Shown here one piece after another: positions 25,612 to 35,220 of a DNA stretch of 64,000 bases. The notes beneath the pieces were generated by a model. That model ran no database searches. It was not told where the DNA came from and saw only the letters and a program-made list of their open reading frames with translations. Position 1 is the stretch's first letter, and each line of letters begins with the position of its first letter. The stretch comes from Anaerolineales bacterium (lineage in GTDB: Bacteria > Chloroflexota > Anaerolineae > Anaerolineales > Villigracilaceae). The position numbers and the translations under genes were made by a program. The DNA lies in assembly GCA_034411635.1 (NCBI GenBank), contig DAOUML010000134.1:14649-78648 (forward strand). Reading direction: 5' to 3'.

Positions 25612-25693
25612 GGGTTGTTTTTACCATAAAAATATCAATCGTTTTCAGGTTTGCTGATGTTTGCCGTAAATTTTTGGCGCGCGTAACAGCCTA

Positions 25694-26941
25694 TTACGCC
25701 TTACGCACGGCCAATAGAGTCACATCGTCAAATTGGGGCGTGTCTTGCTGGAAATCGACCAGCGATTCGAAAATTTTTTGGCAAATCGTCTGGGCTGAGT
25801 CATCGCTGGTGAAGGTTTGCAGCAGTTGGCGCAGTTTTATTTCGCCAAAGTGCTGCTGTTGCGGGTCATTGCAATCGGTTACGCCATCGGAATAGAGTAG
25901 CAACAGGCCGCCAGGCGGGATGACCAGATGATTCTCGGCCAGTATTGGATCGTCTATAATGCCGAGCGGCAGGCCGCCCGCAGATTGGATCAGTTGGGCG
26001 TTTCCATCTGGGAAAACCAGAATGGGGTATTCGTGGCCGGCGCGGACGTAGTGAAAGTCGCCGGTTTGCCGGGTCAGGACCCCATAGATCAGGGTAGCGA
26101 ACAGGCCGCGGGCATTCATGCCGCAGAGCAGGCTGTTGGCGCGTTGCAAAATTTGGGAAGGCGAATCGGTCGGGTTGCTGGATGCGCGCAGCAGGGCGTA
26201 GGTTTGGGCCATGAACAGGGCCGCCGGAACGCCTTTGTCGGTTACATCGCCCAAGAGTAGCACCATGCGGTTTTCATCGAGCGGGAAGATGCCGTAGAAA
26301 TCGCCGCCAACCGCCCGCGCCGGAACCATCAGGGCGCCAAAGTCGTACCCGGGCAGGGTAGGCAGGCTTTCGGGCAAAATGCTGAACTGGATTTCACGCG
26401 CCAGTTGCAGTTCGCGCTCCAGTTTCTCTTTCTCGATGATCTGGGCCTGGGCGGCCTTGAGTTCATCGTAGGCTTTTTGCAGGGCGATATTTTTTTGGCG
26501 CAGGCTGCGAATGGTCTGGTTTTGGCCGCTGGTCATGCGCTCGCTAAGGACGCGGGCCAGTTCATAGGCCAGGGCCGGATGGCGCGCCAGCAGGCTGTTG
26601 ATTTCAGCGTAGGGGACGACCAGTAAACGGGATTTGCTGACAGCCCGGGCGGAAGCGGTGCGGGTGCTATTTTGGTTGAGCAGGCCCATTTCACCGATAA
26701 AGTCTCCGGCGCGGCGCAGTCCAAGTCTCGATTCTTCGGGGCTGCCCGCCGCTTTGACGATTTCGACCTTGCCTTGCAGGATGACGAAGAAATGGTCGCC
26801 AGGCTGACCCTCTTCGATGACCCATTCTCCGACGGGCGCGTTGTGGACGGGCAGATTCGATTGCAGGCGATCCAGTTCTTCTGCGGGCAGGGTTTTGAAG
26901 AGTGGAATATCAGCAAGGGAGAGGGCGGCGCGCATTTTCAT
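25694..26941 (-). CDS. cNMP-binding domain + PP2C/SpoIIE-type phosphatase (RsbU/RsbP-like)
   Basis: 415 aa. It has GDFIGEMGLLNQNSTRTASARA, a coiled linker, then ARAVGGDFYG, LGDVTDKGVPAALFM, LYSDGVTD and DDVTLLAVR. Confidence 0.9.
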   Translation of the reverse strand: MKMRAALSLADIPLFKTLPAEELDRLQSNLPVHNAPVGEWVIEEGQPGDHFFVILQGKVEIVKAAGSPEESRLGLRRAGDFIGEMGLLNQNSTRTASARAVSKSRLLVVPYAEINSLLARHPALAYELARVLSERMTSGQNQTIRSLRQKNIALQKAYDELKAAQAQIIEKEKLERELQLAREIQFSILPESLPTLPGYDFGALMVPARAVGGDFYGIFPLDENRMVLLLGDVTDKGVPAALFMAQTYALLRASSNPTDSPSQILQRANSLLCGMNARGLFATLIYGVLTRQTGDFHYVRAGHEYPILVFPDGNAQLIQSAGGLPLGIIDDPILAENHLVIPPGGLLLLYSDGVTDCNDPQQQHFGEIKLRQLLQTFTSDDSAQTICQKIFESLVDFQQDTPQFDDVTLLAVRKA

Positions 26942-26947
26942 CAGAAA

Positions 26948-27790
26948 TCAGCCCTGTTCAAGCAACCGCAGAATGCGCGGAACCAGTTCGCGGGTGGCCT
27001 GTTCGCCGCGTTCGATGACGTGCGGGACTTTATCCACATCGAACATTGAGATTGCCCCCTCGAATTCGGGCAGGATGGTGAAAATTTCGGCGTGGTGGGC
27101 CAGGTTGTAGAAGGCATAGGTGGCGTTGAGAATGTTGTTCATGTAAATGCTGTTGAGTTGTTCCTGCACGGCGGTCATCGAGCGGAAACGGGTGCGGTAA
27201 CTGAGTGGGAAGCCCATTGCAATGATGACATCGTTCCCATCTTGAATGGCGATATCGATGGGCAGGGGGTTGGAGGCCGCGCCGTCGATCAGCAGGCGGC
27301 CCTCTACTTCCCAGGGTGGGAAGATGATCGGGATGGCCGAACTGGCCCGAACAGCGTCAAAAATTGTGCCATGCGAAAGCACCACTTTGTCGCCGGTTAG
27401 CATGTCGGTGGCGGCAATTTTGAGCGGAGTTTTCAGGCTGTCAAATGTCAAATCGCCGAAAACGGTTTGCAGGGTATTGTTTAGCGCCGAATCGTTTACC
27501 AGGCCGCTGTGTTCGTTGAATTTGAGCGAGCCGTCCTGGCTGGCTTTCAGGTTGGTGATATAGCCTTGCATCAGGTCGCTCGTCCACAGTTGGTACGAGC
27601 GCTCTTCCATCTCCTTCACGTCGGTATGATTGGCAATCAGCGCGCCATACAGGCTGCCGCCGCTGCACCCGACAACACTGTTGACGTGAATGTCGTTTTC
27701 TTGCAGCACTTTCCACAGGCCAATCGCGGCGGCGCACTTGATTCCGCCTGATCCAATCACAATTGTAACGCTTTTGTTTTTTGGAGGCAT
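26948..27790 (-). CDS. Patatin-like phospholipase (copy 2)
   Basis: 280 aa. The Gly-rich loop is IGSGGIKCAA, the nucleophile elbow is GCSGG (GxSxG) and the catalytic Asp motif is IDGAASNPLP. It lies 5 nt after copy 1. Confidence 0.85.
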   Translation of the reverse strand: MPPKNKSVTIVIGSGGIKCAAAIGLWKVLQENDIHVNSVVGCSGGSLYGALIANHTDVKEMEERSYQLWTSDLMQGYITNLKASQDGSLKFNEHSGLVNDSALNNTLQTVFGDLTFDSLKTPLKIAATDMLTGDKVVLSHGTIFDAVRASSAIPIIFPPWEVEGRLLIDGAASNPLPIDIAIQDGNDVIIAMGFPLSYRTRFRSMTAVQEQLNSIYMNNILNATYAFYNLAHHAEIFTILPEFEGAISMFDVDKVPHVIERGEQATRELVPRILRLLEQG

Positions 27791-27795
27791 CTGAT

Positions 27796-28635
27796 TTACC
27801 CGTTGAGCAATTTTTTGATGTAAGGCAGTTGCGCTTCGGCGGCGCGTTCGCCTTCTTCGATAACATAGGGTAGTTTATCGGTGTCGAAAAGTTTGATGCG
27901 GTATTTGAATTCAGGCAAAATGGGGATAATTTCGGCGTGATGCGCCAGGTTGTGAAAAGCGTAGTTGGTTTTTAGCAGGTTGTTGGATGTGACGCTGCTG
28001 ACCTGGAAGTTGTAGCGCATGAGCGATGTAATTTTTTCCTGGTAGGGGCTTTCAAAGCCCATGGCGATAATCAGGTCGGCGCCTTCTTTGATGGCAACGC
28101 CAATGGGCAGCGGGTCGCTCTGGAATCCGTCTACGAGATAACGTCCATTTAATTTGTGCGGGGGGAAAATGTATGGGATGGAAATGCTGGCGCGGATGGA
28201 AGCGGCAAGATCGCCCTCAGACAGGACGACCTGTTCGCCGTTATACAGGTCGGTGGCGGTGATGTAGAGCGGGATTTTCGCGTTGGAGAAGGTAGCGCCC
28301 TGGTAGCCTTCCTGCAATCGACGGTTAATCAGCCGGTCATCAATCAGGCCGAAGGTTTCATCGAACTTGAACAGGCCCGGCAGGGTAAGTTGCAGCAGGG
28401 CGCGCCGGTTTTTCTTGGCTGTGATGTCGCTGGTCCACATGCGCAGGGTGGTTTCGACTGTTTTTTCTGCTGACCAGCCCAGCGCAATGGCGGCGGCATA
28501 CAGCGCCCCCCCCGAACAGCCGACGACCATATTGACAGCGATGTTTTCGCGTTCGAGCACTTTCATCAGCCCGAGAGCGGCGGCGCATTTAACGCTGCCA
28601 GAGCCGATGACCAGGGCGATGCGGTTGGTTGTCAT
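27796..28635 (-). CDS. Patatin-like phospholipase (copy 1)
   Basis: 279 aa with IGSGSVKCAA, GCSGG and VDGFQSDPLP. It is a paralog of copy 2. Confidence 0.85.
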   Translation of the reverse strand: MTTNRIALVIGSGSVKCAAALGLMKVLERENIAVNMVVGCSGGALYAAAIALGWSAEKTVETTLRMWTSDITAKKNRRALLQLTLPGLFKFDETFGLIDDRLINRRLQEGYQGATFSNAKIPLYITATDLYNGEQVVLSEGDLAASIRASISIPYIFPPHKLNGRYLVDGFQSDPLPIGVAIKEGADLIIAMGFESPYQEKITSLMRYNFQVSSVTSNNLLKTNYAFHNLAHHAEIIPILPEFKYRIKLFDTDKLPYVIEEGERAAEAQLPYIKKLLNG

Positions 28636-28649
28636 GATTTGCCCCGGTT

Positions 28650-28985
28650 TTATTCAAAACTGGCAACGGCTTCATCGACATTCTCAAACAATTTGAGAAT
28701 GTTGGTGAAGCCGCTGATTTTCAAAACTTTCATTACATCTGGCTGGACGGCAGCCAGGCGCAGGTCGCCGCCTCTGGCGCGGGCGTCTTTGACGGCATTG
28801 AGCAACAGTCGCAGCCCGGCGCTGCTGGTGAAATCAACGCCGCTCAAATCGACCACCAGCCGAACCTGCCCCGATGAAATCAAACTCCCCAGGTGTTCGG
28901 TGATTGCCGGGGCGGTCAGGGCGTCGATACTCCCTGAAAGTTGCACAACACTGATGCCATTTTTTTGCATATCCTGGATGTTCAC
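28650..28985 (-). CDS. STAS-domain anti-sigma-factor antagonist (RsbV/SpoIIAA-like)
   Basis: 111 aa. VVDLSGVDFTSSAGLRLLL contains the conserved phosphorylatable Ser context (DF.sSaGL). Confidence 0.85.
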   Translation of the reverse strand: MNIQDMQKNGISVVQLSGSIDALTAPAITEHLGSLISSGQVRLVVDLSGVDFTSSAGLRLLLNAVKDARARGGDLRLAAVQPDVMKVLKISGFTNILKLFENVDEAVASFE

Positions 28986-29007
28986 TTTGCGTTCCTCCTT
29001 GCAGATT

Positions 29008-29427
29008 TCAGGCTTGGTAAAACTTGGTAAAGGTAAGGGTATTGCCCTCTTGCGAGGCCTGGTAATCGATGTTGTCCATGGTTTGGTAAATCAGGAAGAG
29101 GCCCATGCCACCCGGCTCGCGGTCTTCTATGGCGGCATCCAGGTCGGGCGCGGGAGCGGAAACAGGCTCGAAGGCATGACCAAAATCGGTTATCTGAACC
29201 AGGATGCGGTCGGGTTCGATCCAAAAGGCGAGGATAATCGAGCCGGGATCCATGTCCTTATATCCGTGTTGGATGATGTTGGTGCAGGCCTCGTCCACGG
29301 CCAATTTCAGGTTGAAAACAATTTCACCGGGGATGTTATGCGGAGCACAGCACTCGGCAATAAAATTGCGAAAAACTGGCAAGGATTCAAGTTCGGCGGC
29401 GCGGGTAATTTGGAAGCGTTGCAACAT
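29008..29427 (-). CDS. RsbW/SpoIIAB-like anti-sigma Ser kinase (HATPase_c)
   Basis: 139 aa. The N-box is DEACTNIIQHG and the G-box is EPGGMGLFLI. Confidence 0.8.
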   Translation of the reverse strand: MLQRFQITRAAELESLPVFRNFIAECCAPHNIPGEIVFNLKLAVDEACTNIIQHGYKDMDPGSIILAFWIEPDRILVQITDFGHAFEPVSAPAPDLDAAIEDREPGGMGLFLIYQTMDNIDYQASQEGNTLTFTKFYQA

Positions 29428-29435
29428 CGCGACTC

Positions 29436-30320
29436 CTAATAGGGGGTGCCGGGGCAGGTGTTGACCCCGGCCTGATAACCGATCCGTTTAATCATCTTCA
29501 GGTTGTCCCACTTTCGGTCGATGGCTTCGAGGATGCCATCGTGAATTGCCCAGGCGCGCCCGCGCACGCTGTTCCACTGGTGGGGCTGGCGGAAGGGGCT
29601 GCTGCCGTCGAGGGCTTTGTGCAATGCGCCGCCAGGCTGGAATTCGCGCTGGATGGTATCCATCAACTGGTGGCCGCGGGCGTAAGCAAAACCACGGCGC
29701 TCGAAAATCCAGGCGGAGGCGTAGGTCATCGGTTCGAGGGTCAGGGCGTGGTGGCCGAGCAGGGTCAGGAAGGTTTCGATGTGGGTGAAGACGATTTGCG
29801 AACAGCGCAGGCCTTCGCGCACCTGTCCGGGGGCCAGGCTGGCTTGCATGGCGCGTTCTTCTTCCACCAGGTTACGGTGAACAGTGCCAAACAGGGTTTC
29901 GCGGCCTTGTTCGTCGAAATCGGTGTTAAATTTTGGGCTGTTCGGGTCGCTGGCGACCAGGAAATTCAGGTCAATTCCCCCATAAGGATTGTCTGCCAAT
30001 TCAAGATAGAAAAATTCGTTTTCGGGATTTTGACCAAACCAGGCCGAGAGTTTGACTTTTTCGCTGCATTCGTCTGCTTGCAGCCTGACTTGAATTTGTT
30101 TTTCAGGGTTTTGCCAGGTGCGCGGGTTGATGTCGAAAGCGGCCAAGACCTGAAGCGGCAGCAGGGTGCGGTACAGGCGCAGTTTCGGGTTTGGGGGTAG
30201 GCTGTTGAGGGCTTTGAGCGCCACAGGCAGGCTGGCATCCCCAACCAGTTGGGTGATGGGGATGTTTGCCAACGGGTCGTGCCGGGGTGGTTCAGGACGA
30301 AGGCGCAGGTGTTTGAACAT
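29436..30320 (-). CDS. Hypothetical protein, first gene of the operon
   Basis: 294 aa with no TM span and no motif I can assign. It lies 8 nt upstream of the RsbW-like gene. Confidence 0.5.
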   Translation of the reverse strand: MFKHLRLRPEPPRHDPLANIPITQLVGDASLPVALKALNSLPPNPKLRLYRTLLPLQVLAAFDINPRTWQNPEKQIQVRLQADECSEKVKLSAWFGQNPENEFFYLELADNPYGGIDLNFLVASDPNSPKFNTDFDEQGRETLFGTVHRNLVEEERAMQASLAPGQVREGLRCSQIVFTHIETFLTLLGHHALTLEPMTYASAWIFERRGFAYARGHQLMDTIQREFQPGGALHKALDGSSPFRQPHQWNSVRGRAWAIHDGILEAIDRKWDNLKMIKRIGYQAGVNTCPGTPY

Positions 30321-30338
30321 AAGAAGTTATTCAGAGTA

Positions 30339-30347
30339 TTTATATCA
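30339..30347 (-). promoter_or_regulatory. Candidate extended -10 element (TGaTATAAA) for the operon
   Basis: The minus strand reads atatgatataaatactctgaataacttcttatATG. The hexamer ends 18 nt before the ATG, which implies a very short leader with no Shine-Dalgarno sequence. Confidence 0.3.
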
Positions 30348-30557
30348 TATATTGTGAGTAGGACGTTACGTTTTTTCCGTGTTGTGCGCACGAAAAGGTT
30401 GATCCTGTTGGCGAATAACCATTGCCAGCCTCTATCCCCTGCCTGTGCCCAAATTCTGATTGGAGAATGTGCGCATTTCGGGAAACAGGCTGGTTATTCT
30501 ATGCAAAGGATCGGTACTTTTGGTCCGTTTGCTGTTGATCCAGAAGACAGACAATAC

Positions 30558-32120
30558 TTATTCTTTTTGGCGCGATAGTCTCTCGGTGAGGCGTCCCTCG
30601 GCCAGCAGGCGGCGGGCGGTTTCGATGTGCGGGTACATGACGACATCTTGCGCGATGAAAGGAATGTGCTGGCGGATGATTTCGTAGGCTGGGGCGGTTC
30701 CCTGGCCCAGCCTGGCATCTGGCCCCAGGGCTTTACGGCGAAAGTCTATGCCCTGCGCGGCAGACATCAGTTCGAGGGCCAAAATTGTTTCCACATTGCC
30801 TGCGATTTCACGCGCCTGGCGGGCCGCCGCCGGCCCCATGCTGACGTGGTCTTCAATGTTGGCCGAGGTTGAAAGCGTGTCTACGCTGGCGGGGTGGGCC
30901 AGCACTTTGTTTTCGGAGGCTAGCGCGGCGGCGGGGTATTGAATGAGCATAAACCCGGAATTGACCCCGCCATGTTCCACCAGAAAGGCTGGCAGCACGT
31001 TTTTGTTGCTGGCGGCATCCACCAGGCGGGCAATGCGGCGCTCGGAGATGTTTCCCAACTCGGTGAGGGCCAGGGCCAGGTAGTCCATTGCAATTGCCAG
31101 CGGCTCCCCGTGAAAGTTGCCGCCGGAGATGACTTCGGCGTTATCGTTTTCATCGAAGAAAATCAGTGGGTTATCGGTAACGGCATTGAGTTCAATTTCC
31201 ATCACCCAGCGGGCGTAGGCAATGGCATCGCGCACCGCGCCGTGTACCTGCGGAATACAGCGCAGGGTGTAGGCATCTTGCACATTGAGCGGGTCATCGG
31301 GGCGGGTAAAGGTTGAGCCGGCGATGAGTTCGCGCATAAAGGCGGCGCATTCAATCTGGCGCGGGTGCGGCCTGGCGGCGTGAATGCGGGCGTCGAAAGC
31401 GCGCGGCGTGCCGTGCATGGCCTCCAGGCTGAGCGCCCCGGCCAGGTCGGCAGCCTGGGCCAACATTTCGGCTTTCTCTGTCACCAGTACGCCAATGGCG
31501 TTCATCAGGGTTGTGCCGTTGGTGAGGGCCAGGCCCTCTTTGGCGGTTAATGTTACCGGCGCAAGTCCGGCTTTTTCGAGGGCCGCCGCGCCGCTCATAC
31601 GTTGGCCTGCATACATGGCTTCGCCCTCGCCAATCAGCGGCAGGGCCATGTGAGCCAACGGGGCCAGGTCTCCGCTCGCGCCGAGCGAGCCTTGCTCTGG
31701 AATGAGCGGGTAGATGCCGCGATTGAGCATTGCCAGCAGCAGGCGCAAAGTCTGCTCGCGAATGCCCGAATGTCCTTTGGCCAGGGTGTTGGCGCGAATT
31801 AACATCATGGCGCGGGTGGTGGGCTGGTTGAGCAGGTTGCCCACGCCAACCGCGTGGCTGATGAGGATATTGCGCTGTAACTGCGCCACCAGTTCAGGCG
31901 AGATGATTTTGTCTTTGAACGCGCCAAAACCGGTGGTAATGCCATACACAATCTGACCGCGAGCCACAAAATCTTGCACGGCCTCGGCTGCGCGCCGCAC
32001 GCGCGCCCAGGCCTCTTCACTGAGCGAAACTTGAATTTCGGGCTGATTGGCAACCGCGACCACGTCGGCAATGGTCAGCGATTCGCCGTTGAGCAGGAGA
32101 TGGGAATTTTGAATGGGCAT
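30558..32120 (-). CDS. hutH: Histidine ammonia-lyase
   Basis: The MIO motif is GSLGASGDLAPLAH, and LISHAVGVG (Ser-His) is typical of HAL rather than PAL/TAL. The start is at MPIQNSH (ATG 32120); the same start is preserved in the duplicated fragment at 33921. Confidence 0.85.
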   Translation of the reverse strand: MPIQNSHLLLNGESLTIADVVAVANQPEIQVSLSEEAWARVRRAAEAVQDFVARGQIVYGITTGFGAFKDKIISPELVAQLQRNILISHAVGVGNLLNQPTTRAMMLIRANTLAKGHSGIREQTLRLLLAMLNRGIYPLIPEQGSLGASGDLAPLAHMALPLIGEGEAMYAGQRMSGAAALEKAGLAPVTLTAKEGLALTNGTTLMNAIGVLVTEKAEMLAQAADLAGALSLEAMHGTPRAFDARIHAARPHPRQIECAAFMRELIAGSTFTRPDDPLNVQDAYTLRCIPQVHGAVRDAIAYARWVMEIELNAVTDNPLIFFDENDNAEVISGGNFHGEPLAIAMDYLALALTELGNISERRIARLVDAASNKNVLPAFLVEHGGVNSGFMLIQYPAAALASENKVLAHPASVDTLSTSANIEDHVSMGPAAARQAREIAGNVETILALELMSAAQGIDFRRKALGPDARLGQGTAPAYEIIRQHIPFIAQDVVMYPHIETARRLLAEGRLTERLSRQKE

Positions 32121-32132
32121 GGGCTTCTCTTT
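31981..32132. repeat. Direct repeat copy 1 (5' end of hutH plus its ribosome-binding region)
   Basis: It matches 33793-33933 apart from 4 substitutions and an 11-nt indel (gcacgcgcgcc). Confidence 0.9.
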
Positions 32133-32209
32133 TCTTGAAGAGTGTGCCGCCATTTTCAGGCGGTCTTTGAAAGGCGGTACATGTTTTTGTATTTTTTAAT
32201 GGCGTGGCT

Positions 32210-33760
32210 TTACGGCCCAATCCGATAAATCGAGCCATTTTCTCCGCTGAAAATCAGCCTGATTTCGGCCAGCGGGGCCAGTTGTTCCGGCCTCAGGACG
32301 TGTTCTTTGAAGTTCAATTCGGGCAGGTCAAACCAGATGATGTAACCGGGCGCGGGCGGCCAGTCTTGGTATTCGTTTAGGATGGCGGGTAGGTTAAAGT
32401 TGTCTTTTTCGTTGCGTGGGCCTTGGGGCATGTTAAGCGTGTTGCGGCGGGTAAAGAACCAGACCGCGCCCTCGTGGTTCGAGTAAAGCGCGGCATTTTC
32501 TAATAACGGATTGACTTGTAAGTGCTTGACGATGTCGGATTCGTTCAGGGCGCGGGTGTTGTATAAGTTTCCGGCGAGTTCACCGTTTGAGATGGATGCG
32601 CGCACATATTTGACGTTATTATTGATCGGATATGCCAGCCAGACCAATACTGCCAGGCTGACAATCAGAACTTTTGACGGGCCGTTTTTAGGTCGCCAGC
32701 GGATTTCTCCCTGCTCGAACAGGCTGAGTAGTAACAGCAGAACTGGAATGAACAAGAGTATATGCAACCGGTCAACCCGGTAATCCTTATGCTCGGCATA
32801 ACTGACCAGGAACAGCATCATCCCAAAGTAGACCACAAAAAACAGGCTGGTCGGCAGGAAGGCGGGCGCGCTTATTTTTGCGAGCAGTTTTTTCCATGTT
32901 TCCGGTTTGAAGCACAGCGCGGCCAGCAAAACCAGGCCGGCCAGCAACAAAAACGGCCCGGTGCGTCCGACAATGCTATACGGGATGAACCAGTAAAGCA
33001 GTTTTTCGAGTGTGATGGTCAGATTTTCGAAGGGGTGTCCGCCGCCGCGTTCCCCGAAAAACGATCCGTATTTCAGGAAGTTGTGCAATATGACCCAGGC
33101 AGCCAGCGGTAAACTGGATAATATTGCAAAAAAAATGCTGAAGAAAATGGCGCGAACTGTGTCTACCTGCCAATAGCGCAGGAAGAGCAAAATCCCGCCT
33201 ATCAGGGCCAATGCCAGACCGGGGTATTTGACCATCCCGGCGGTTGCGGCCAGGAGATGTAATGCGACTGCCGCGTAGCCAATCTTTGACCTGATGGTTG
33301 TTTGCCAGTTGGCCATCAGCAGAAGAAAGGTTAGGATCAACATCAGGAAAAGCGGATCGGGGCCAATGCTGGTGTGCAATCGCAAAATGGATGGTGAAGC
33401 CAACGTTACCAGAGAAACCAGAGCCGCAGCGGGGGCAAAACCCGGGAACAGGGTCGCTGCCAATCTGCCCGCGAGGTAGATGTTGATGCCGTAAAGGAAC
33501 AGGCTGAATACCCAGCCAAACAGGAAAACATCTGACCCCAGGGCCAGAATAAGAGGGTAGAGCGGTGGCCAGGCCAGCAGTGGGGTTAGCGAGTAATCCA
33601 CCACGCCCAACCCGGCGCGCAGATTTTGGGCTGTGGAAAGATAACGTAATCCATCACCAGTGACGCCAGGCCCGTAGGTAGAGGTGGCAAGGTAGGCTTG
33701 GAAGGGGGCCAGCAAGGCCAGAAGCGGCCAAGCACGCAACGCAAATTGCAATATTTGCAT
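32210..33760 (-). CDS. GT-C fold (ArnT/PMT-like) polytopic membrane glycosyltransferase
   Basis: About 516 aa with 10 or more TM spans. The first loop, GVTGDGLRYLSTAQNLRAG, resembles the Asp-containing loop of family 39/83-like glycosyltransferases, and there is a C-terminal soluble domain. The ATG at 33760 is preceded by GAGGA. The track uses a TTG at 33772. Confidence 0.5.
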   Translation of the reverse strand: MQILQFALRAWPLLALLAPFQAYLATSTYGPGVTGDGLRYLSTAQNLRAGLGVVDYSLTPLLAWPPLYPLILALGSDVFLFGWVFSLFLYGINIYLAGRLAATLFPGFAPAAALVSLVTLASPSILRLHTSIGPDPLFLMLILTFLLLMANWQTTIRSKIGYAAVALHLLAATAGMVKYPGLALALIGGILLFLRYWQVDTVRAIFFSIFFAILSSLPLAAWVILHNFLKYGSFFGERGGGHPFENLTITLEKLLYWFIPYSIVGRTGPFLLLAGLVLLAALCFKPETWKKLLAKISAPAFLPTSLFFVVYFGMMLFLVSYAEHKDYRVDRLHILLFIPVLLLLLSLFEQGEIRWRPKNGPSKVLIVSLAVLVWLAYPINNNVKYVRASISNGELAGNLYNTRALNESDIVKHLQVNPLLENAALYSNHEGAVWFFTRRNTLNMPQGPRNEKDNFNLPAILNEYQDWPPAPGYIIWFDLPELNFKEHVLRPEQLAPLAEIRLIFSGENGSIYRIGP

Positions 33761-33768
33761 CAGTATCC

Positions 33769-33921
33769 TCAACTTATTGTTGCGTTCTTTGCGCCTCGGC
33801 TGCGCGCCCAGGCCTCTTCACTGAGCGAAACTTGAATTTCGGGCTGATTGGCAACCGCGACCACATTGGCAATGGTCAGCGATTCACCGTCGAGCAGGAG
33901 ATGGGAATTTTGAATGGGCAT
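33769..33921 (-). pseudogene. hutH 5' fragment: 40 intact codons, then a frameshift and a stop
   Basis: It reads MPIQNSHLLLDGESLTIANVVAVANQPEIQVSLSEEAWAR and then diverges because of the 11-nt deletion. Its stop (TGA at 33769-33771) lies 8 nt upstream of the glycosyltransferase ATG and overlaps that gene's GAGGA. Confidence 0.8.
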
Positions 33922-33999
33922 GGGCTTCTCTTTTTGGGTGGGAAGGGAATGTGTAGCGAAATTGTACCCGCTTGGCGCGCAATCTGGTACACTTTTGGC

Positions 34000-35214
<1,215 letters not shown>

Positions 35215-35220
35215 AAAAAA

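Noticed and set aside
25612-25693. GGCA..GCA sigma54-like spacing, or an internal promoter upstream of the cNMP-GGDEF gene
   Set aside because: The GG-to-GC spacing is one nucleotide short and the flanking bases do not match the consensus. The 82-nt gap may still hold a sigma70-type internal promoter, but I could not support one.
28639-29439. 266-aa plus-strand ORF
   Set aside because: It is antisense to the STAS and RsbW-like genes, both of which have clear family motifs. It has no motif or ribosome-binding site of its own.
19763-30320. Calling the cNMP/patatin operon a defence island on context alone
   Set aside because: There are no integrase, transposase, phage, restriction-modification or other defence genes in the flanks, which instead hold a TolB-like lipoprotein, hutH and sdaA. 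Defence is kept only as one hypothesis inside the finding.
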